A stretch of DNA of 64,000 bases from an uncultured Verrucomicrobiae bacterium (GTDB taxonomy: Bacteria > Verrucomicrobiota > Verrucomicrobiia > Chthoniobacterales > JAATET01), in contig CAVRCI010000013.1 in assembly GCA_963719495.1 (NCBI GenBank), positions 480,001-544,000 on the forward strand, given 5' to 3'. A model generated the notes under the pieces. That model worked only from the letters and a program-made list of their open reading frames with translations. It was not told the origin of the DNA and ran no database searches. The position numbers and the translations under genes were made by a program. The first letter of the stretch is position 1. Each line of letters begins with the position of its first letter. Shown piece after piece: positions 59,251 to 64,000 of this stretch.

Positions 59251-60012
59251 ATGCTTCCCTGGATCGCCACCCTCCTCGCCCTCGCCACCCCGCCCTTCGC
59301 CCACGCCGATTGGACGCTCGCCTCCCGCGAAGTCGTCGCCGATCTCCCCGGCGGCGCGCATCTCGTCGAGCGCGAAGCCCGGAGCGACGGCCGCAAAGTC
59401 TTCGTCCAAGGCGTCCTCTTCAGCTCGAAAAACTACGCCTTCCGCGTCGTCGACAATCCCACGAAAAACGAAGGCAAACTCGCCACCACGATGGCCGCCG
59501 GCGATTTCGTCGCCGGAGTCAACGGCGGCTACTTCCACGCCGATTGGCGGCCCGTCGGCCTCGCCATCGCCGACGGCGAGACCACCAACCGTTTCGAGCG
59601 AGCCAAGCTCCTCGCCGGCATCTTCGTCGTCACCGGCGGCAAACCCCGCCTCATCCGCTCCGCCGCCTACGAGACATCGAAGAAAGACACCGAAGCCCTC
59701 CAATGCGGCCCCTACCTCGTCGAGAATGGCGACGCCACCGTCGGCCTCGACGAAAAACGCCGAGCCCGCCGCACCGTCGTCGCCACGGACGGCGGCAAAA
59801 ATTGGGCCCTCCTCATCCTCTCCCCCGTCACCCTCGCCGAGACCGCCAACCTCCTGGCCAGCGAAGAGATTTTCCCGGACCTGAAGGTAAAAGAAGCCCT
59901 CAACCTGGACGGAGGCTCCTCCACCGCCCTCTGGGCCGCCACCCCCGGCAAGCCCACCAGCCTCCCCGAAATCGGCAGCGTGCGAAATTACCTCGGCATT
60001 ATGGAAAAATAG
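59251..60012 (+). CDS. Phosphodiester glycosidase (NAGPA) family secreted protein
   Basis: GVNGGYF, LQCGPYLV, ARRT, ALNLDGGSST. Confidence 0.88.
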   Translation: MLPWIATLLALATPPFAHADWTLASREVVADLPGGAHLVEREARSDGRKVFVQGVLFSSKNYAFRVVDNPTKNEGKLATTMAAGDFVAGVNGGYFHADWRPVGLAIADGETTNRFERAKLLAGIFVVTGGKPRLIRSAAYETSKKDTEALQCGPYLVENGDATVGLDEKRRARRTVVATDGGKNWALLILSPVTLAETANLLASEEIFPDLKVKEALNLDGGSSTALWAATPGKPTSLPEIGSVRNYLGIMEK

Positions 60013-60062
60013 TTTTTGAGGTTGGCGTCGACCCCAAATGCGAAGCATTTCCGTTCCCCCCA

Positions 60063-60206
60063 CCTGTCATTCTGAGCGAAGCGAAGAGCCATCGACAGCC
60101 TCTCATTTTGAAACCCGTCACTGAGAGGCAATCTCTGGCTTACACTGAATTCGCGCGCCGTGAGGGTGAGAAACCAGAGATGTTTCGCTTTGCTCAACAT
60201 GACAGG
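60063..60206. repeat. TGTCAT-GAGCGAAGCGAA inverted-repeat element, copy 4
   Basis: cctgtcattctgagcgaagcgaagagccatcgac ... tttcgctttgctcaacatgacagg. Confidence 0.88.
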
Positions 60207-60366
60207 TTTTGGAAAGGCTTCGCCCAATCACCCCCCCTCCGTTCCTCCAAGTCTCTGCGCGAGGACCCGCATCAGCATTTCTCCGCGCCCCTGCGCCTCT
60301 GCGTGAGAAAAAGCATTCCCGCATTTTCGCTCGCCCCCCGCCAGCCCCCCATCCAAAATCCACCCC

Positions 60367-60723
60367 ATGCAGATTCACATCAGCCCCCGTCACCTCACGC
60401 TCACCGCGTCCATCCACGGACACGTCGCAGCTAAAATCGAACACCTTGAAGGCATTTCCGACGACATCATCGCCGCGCACGTCGTCCTCCTTTACGACGA
60501 GAACAAGAAGAACAAAAAGTTCCTCGTCAAAGCCCACCTCGCCGTCCCCGGCCCCGACATCCACGCCGAAGACTCCCAATCCGACCTCCACATCGCCATC
60601 GACAAAACCGCCGACAAACTCGCGCGCCAGCTCCGCAAGCGCAAAACCAAGCTCAACAGCGCCCGCAAACACCGCGCCCAGATGGACGCCGAGGGCAAGA
60701 AGCGCGGTTACAAGCGAGCCTGA
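60367..60723 (+). CDS. hpf: Ribosome hibernation factor HPF/RaiA
   Basis: MQIHISPRHLTLT..., DLHIAIDKTADKLARQLRKRK. Confidence 0.9.
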   Translation: MQIHISPRHLTLTASIHGHVAAKIEHLEGISDDIIAAHVVLLYDENKKNKKFLVKAHLAVPGPDIHAEDSQSDLHIAIDKTADKLARQLRKRKTKLNSARKHRAQMDAEGKKRGYKRA

Positions 60724-60746
60724 TCCTCACCGGACGCACACGGGAA

Positions 60747-61619
60747 ATGGAGGGGGATTACAAGGTCAAGCTCGACGTGTTCGAGGGGCCGCTCGACCTG
60801 TTGCTCTACCTCATCAAGCGCGATGAGGTCGACATCTACGACATCTCGATCGAGCGCATCACGAAGCAATACCTCGAATACATCGAGGCCTTCCAGATGC
60901 TCGACATCGAGCTCGCCGGCGAGTTCATCGTCATGGCCGCCAACCTGCTCTACATCAAGAGCCGCACGCTCCTCCCCGTCGACCAGCAGATGGCCGAAGA
61001 GGACGCCGAAGAGGACGATCCCCGCTGGGAACTCATCCGCCAGCTCATCGAATACAAAAAGTTCAAGGAAGCCGCGAACCGCCTCCGCGACTTCGAGACC
61101 AAGCAGGAAAACCTCTACCCCCGCATCGCCGTCGAGCCCGACCTCCCGCCCGCGGAGGAAAACATCTTCGTCGAAGACGTCGGCATCTTCGACCTCATCC
61201 GCGCCTTCCAGAACATCCTCAAGCGCCGCGCCGCCAAGACCGAGGACCTCCGCGAAATCTTCGCCGAAAACTTCAGCGTCTCCGACAAGATCGAGCACCT
61301 CGTGAATCTCACACGCGCCGGAGTGTCGCTCCGGTTCGAGGAAATCTTCCCCGAAGCCGCCAGCCGCACCGAGATCGTCGTCACCTTCCTCGCCATGCTC
61401 GAGCTCATCCGCATGAAGCAGCTCCGCGTCCGCCAGGACGGCCAATTCGGCGAAATCTGGGTCGACCCCGCCCACCCCCCGGAGGGCACCACCCCACCGG
61501 AGGGCAGCCGGAGCGAAGCGGAGACAGTCGGGAAACTCTCCGACAACGCTCCCGCCGCGCCGTTACTTTCACCCGAAACGTCGACCTCCACGGAAACCGC
61601 CGACACCACCACTCAATGA
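60747..61619 (+). CDS. scpA: Segregation and condensation protein A
   Basis: FEGPLDLLLYLI, EFIVMAA..IKSR.LLP, VVTFLAMLEL. Confidence 0.95.
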   Translation: MEGDYKVKLDVFEGPLDLLLYLIKRDEVDIYDISIERITKQYLEYIEAFQMLDIELAGEFIVMAANLLYIKSRTLLPVDQQMAEEDAEEDDPRWELIRQLIEYKKFKEAANRLRDFETKQENLYPRIAVEPDLPPAEENIFVEDVGIFDLIRAFQNILKRRAAKTEDLREIFAENFSVSDKIEHLVNLTRAGVSLRFEEIFPEAASRTEIVVTFLAMLELIRMKQLRVRQDGQFGEIWVDPAHPPEGTTPPEGSRSEAETVGKLSDNAPAAPLLSPETSTSTETADTTTQ

Positions 61620-62497
61620 GCCCTCCCGACCTCAAGCTCATCGTCGAATCCCTCGTCTTCGCGTCGGAAAAACCCATTTCCGCCCGCGAGATCGGTGCCG
61701 TCCTCCGCGGTGCCGCCGCCGCTTCTCCGGAGGACGAAACCCTCGCCGAAATCGCCAAGTCGAAGGAAAACGACATCATCAACGCCGTCGACCAGCTCAG
61801 CGCCGACTACCTCGAAGTCGAGCGCGCCTTCGAGATCCGCGAGACCGCGTCCGGTTGGCAACTCGTCTCCTCCGCCCGCTTCGCCCCCTGGCTCCGCCAG
61901 CTCTTCCCCGAGAGCAAGCCCGCCCGCCTCAGCGCCCCCGCCCTCGAAACGCTGGCAATCATCGCCTACCGCCAACCCGTCACCCGCGCCGACATCGAAG
62001 CCGTCCGCGGAGTCGCCGTCGACGGCGTCATGACCACCATCCTCGACCGCGGCCTCGTCCGCATCGCCGGTCGCAGCGAACTCCCCGGCCGCCCCCTCCT
62101 CTACGAGACCACCACCTTCTTCATGGAGCACTTCGGCCTCCGCAACCTCGACGACCTCCCCAACGCCGCCGAGCTCCGCCAGGCCGCCATCGCCGCCGCC
62201 ACCGAACCCGAACCAACCAAAACCCTCGAAGGCGAAGCCCCCACCGACCCATCGGACCCACCCTCCACCGAGCTGGTCCACCCCCCGGAAGCCGAGGCGT
62301 CAGCCGACCCAACCCCCAACTCGGAGGGTGAGGCTCCAGCCGAGCCGTCACCATCACCCGAACCGGCGGATCTTCAGGAAAACGCGATCCCGCCCGAAGA
62401 CTCGTCCGATCAACCAACCCCGCCCGCCGCCCCCCCAACCGAATCACCAGAACCCCCGCCCGAGCCAAGCGAAGCCCCGCCCGCCCCACCCCAATGA
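61616..62497 (+). CDS. scpB: Segregation and condensation protein B with Pro/Glu-rich tail
   Basis: LSAPALETLAIIAYRQPVTRADIEAVRGV, PGRPLLYETT..F..HFGL. Confidence 0.95.
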   Translation: MSPPDLKLIVESLVFASEKPISAREIGAVLRGAAAASPEDETLAEIAKSKENDIINAVDQLSADYLEVERAFEIRETASGWQLVSSARFAPWLRQLFPESKPARLSAPALETLAIIAYRQPVTRADIEAVRGVAVDGVMTTILDRGLVRIAGRSELPGRPLLYETTTFFMEHFGLRNLDDLPNAAELRQAAIAAATEPEPTKTLEGEAPTDPSDPPSTELVHPPEAEASADPTPNSEGEAPAEPSPSPEPADLQENAIPPEDSSDQPTPPAAPPTESPEPPPEPSEAPPAPPQ

Positions 62498-63333
62498 GCG
62501 ACCTCACCGACATCCGCGACCAGATCGACGCCATCGACACCGAGCTCCTCCGGCTCCTCAACGAACGCGCCACCCTCGCCCTCGCCGTCGGCGAGATCAA
62601 AAACCGCGAAGGCCTGCCAATTTACGCCCCCGAGCGTGAAGTCACCCTCCTCCGCAATCTCGTCGAACGCAGCGTCGGCCCCCTCCCCCCCATCGCCATC
62701 CGCGCCATCTACCGCGAGATTATGTCCGCCTCCCTCGCGCTCGAGAAGGACGTCGTCATCGCCTGCGCCGGGATTGAAGGTGGCCCCACCCACCTCGCCG
62801 CCCGCGCAAAATTCGGCTCGAGCGTCGACTACGGATTCTTCGCCGACGTCGTGGACGCCTTCCTCGCCACCGCCCGCGGCGAAGCCGATTGCGTCGTCGC
62901 CGCCATCGAGGAATCCAACCACGGCGCCGTCAAACCCACCCTCGACGCCCTCACGCAAACCGAGCTCACCATCTGCGGCGAAATCCGCTCCACCCCCGAC
63001 GGCTCCGAGGATCACACGGAGAACGCCTCCCGCTACCTCGTCCTCGCCCGCACGGCCACCGCCATCACCGGCAACGACCGCACCACCCTCCTCCTTCGGG
63101 TCGAGGACCGCCCCGGCGCCCTCGTCGACGCCCTCGAACCCTTCCGCGACGCCTCCCTCAACCTCGCCCACTTCGCCAGCCGCCCCGCCTCCCGGGGCAG
63201 CAACGACGTCTTCTTCTTCGTCGAAGTCGACGGCCACGCCAGAGAAGAAGGCTTCGACGAAGTCCTCCGCGAACTCAGCCGCCAGTGCCGCGCGGTCAAG
63301 ATCCTGGGAAGCTACCCCAGACAATCGCTCTAG
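62494..63333 (+). CDS. pheA: PheA-like: chorismate mutase + internally deleted prephenate dehydratase + ACT domain
   Basis: IRDQIDAID..LLNERA, YAPERE, IYREIMSAS; DRPGAL, SRP, KILGSYP; only 279 aa. Confidence 0.8.
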   Translation: MSDLTDIRDQIDAIDTELLRLLNERATLALAVGEIKNREGLPIYAPEREVTLLRNLVERSVGPLPPIAIRAIYREIMSASLALEKDVVIACAGIEGGPTHLAARAKFGSSVDYGFFADVVDAFLATARGEADCVVAAIEESNHGAVKPTLDALTQTELTICGEIRSTPDGSEDHTENASRYLVLARTATAITGNDRTTLLLRVEDRPGALVDALEPFRDASLNLAHFASRPASRGSNDVFFFVEVDGHAREEGFDEVLRELSRQCRAVKILGSYPRQSL

Positions 63334-63340
63334 CAAAAAA

Positions 63341-63405
63341 GGGAGCGCCAGCTCCCCGGGGAGCGCGGGCTTCCAGCCCGCAGTGCCGAGCTTCCAGCTC
63401 GGCAC
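63341..63405. repeat. REP-like hairpins downstream of pheA (possible terminator)
   Basis: gcgggcttccagcccgc and gtgccgagcttccagctcggcac. Confidence 0.6.
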
Positions 63406-63511
63406 CTCGTAACCAAACGCGAAGCGTCACCCCCCCGCGAATCCACCCCGCCAGAAAACCCCCTTGCCGCCCCCCCGCCCCATTTGCCACGCTACAGCCC
63501 GAATGGAGGGA

Positions 63512-64000
63512 ATGTTCAGCAACTACGACGTCGGAGGCTTCTGCGACGAAATGTTCGATTCGGCCGGCAACGTCCGCCCGCACTACGAAAAACTCCTCGC
63601 CCGCTTCCAGGACATGAAGCCCGGCGAGTTCGACCGCAAGCGCGACCTCGCCGAGCATTCCTACCTCAGCCAGGGCATCACCTTCACCGTCTACAGCGGC
63701 GACGAAGGCACCGAGCGCATTTTCCCATTCGACCTCATCCCCCGCATTCTCGCCGCCAAGGAATGGGCGCACATCGAGGCCGGCATCGCCCAGCGTCTCC
63801 GCGCGCTCAACCTGTTCCTCGCCGACATCTACCACGGTCAGCGCATCCTGAAAGAAGGCATCATTCCCGAGGACATGATCCGGAGCGCGAAGCACTTCCG
63901 CCCCGAATTCATGGGCTTCGACGTCCCGAAGGACATCTACATTCACGTCTGCGGCACCGATCTCATCCGCGGAGCCGACGGCCAATACATGGTCCTCGAA
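63512..64000 (+). CDS. Circularly permuted type 2 ATP-grasp protein, 3' end outside window
   Basis: Manual translation: MFSNYDVGGFCDEMFDSAGNVRPHY...QGITFTVY...ERIFPFDLIPRI...GTDLIR...MVLE. Confidence 0.9.
   Translation, partial: MFSNYDVGGFCDEMFDSAGNVRPHYEKLLARFQDMKPGEFDRKRDLAEHSYLSQGITFTVYSGDEGTERIFPFDLIPRILAAKEWAHIEAGIAQRLRALNLFLADIYHGQRILKEGIIPEDMIRSAKHFRPEFMGFDVPKDIYIHVCGTDLIRGADGQYMVLE

Overview
High-GC bacterial chromosome segment. Gene content and repeat style suggest Verrucomicrobia (Chthoniobacterales-like); this is an inference. The housekeeping backbone is: AEC transporter, vapBC, U32 protein, Ser/Thr kinase, sucC-VOC-sucD, rpmH-rnpA-yidD-yidC-jag, rapA-folP-cdaA-mini-cdaR-glmM, vWA/DUF58, methyltransferases, xth, gabD, rsmE, trkAH, rmlA, hpf-scpAB-pheA and an ATP-grasp gene. 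I saw no rRNA, tRNA or CRISPR array. Three kinds of mobile DNA stand out. (1) An ~11 kb mosaic island (20670-31638) in which about two dozen copies of a short GGGGTC-headed motif mark most junctions between truncated gene fragments, IS4/IS481 insertions and a 1381-bp inverted duplication. (2) Three MITE-like elements with GGGTGTGAT-type ends and 9-bp target duplications. One carries a CRP-box-like central palindrome, one is a split version with two perfect palindromes, and one carries a REP pair. (3) Several REP-like and short tandem repeat families, some inside coding sequence (folP, scpB). All functional calls come from motif recognition by eye; no database searches were run.
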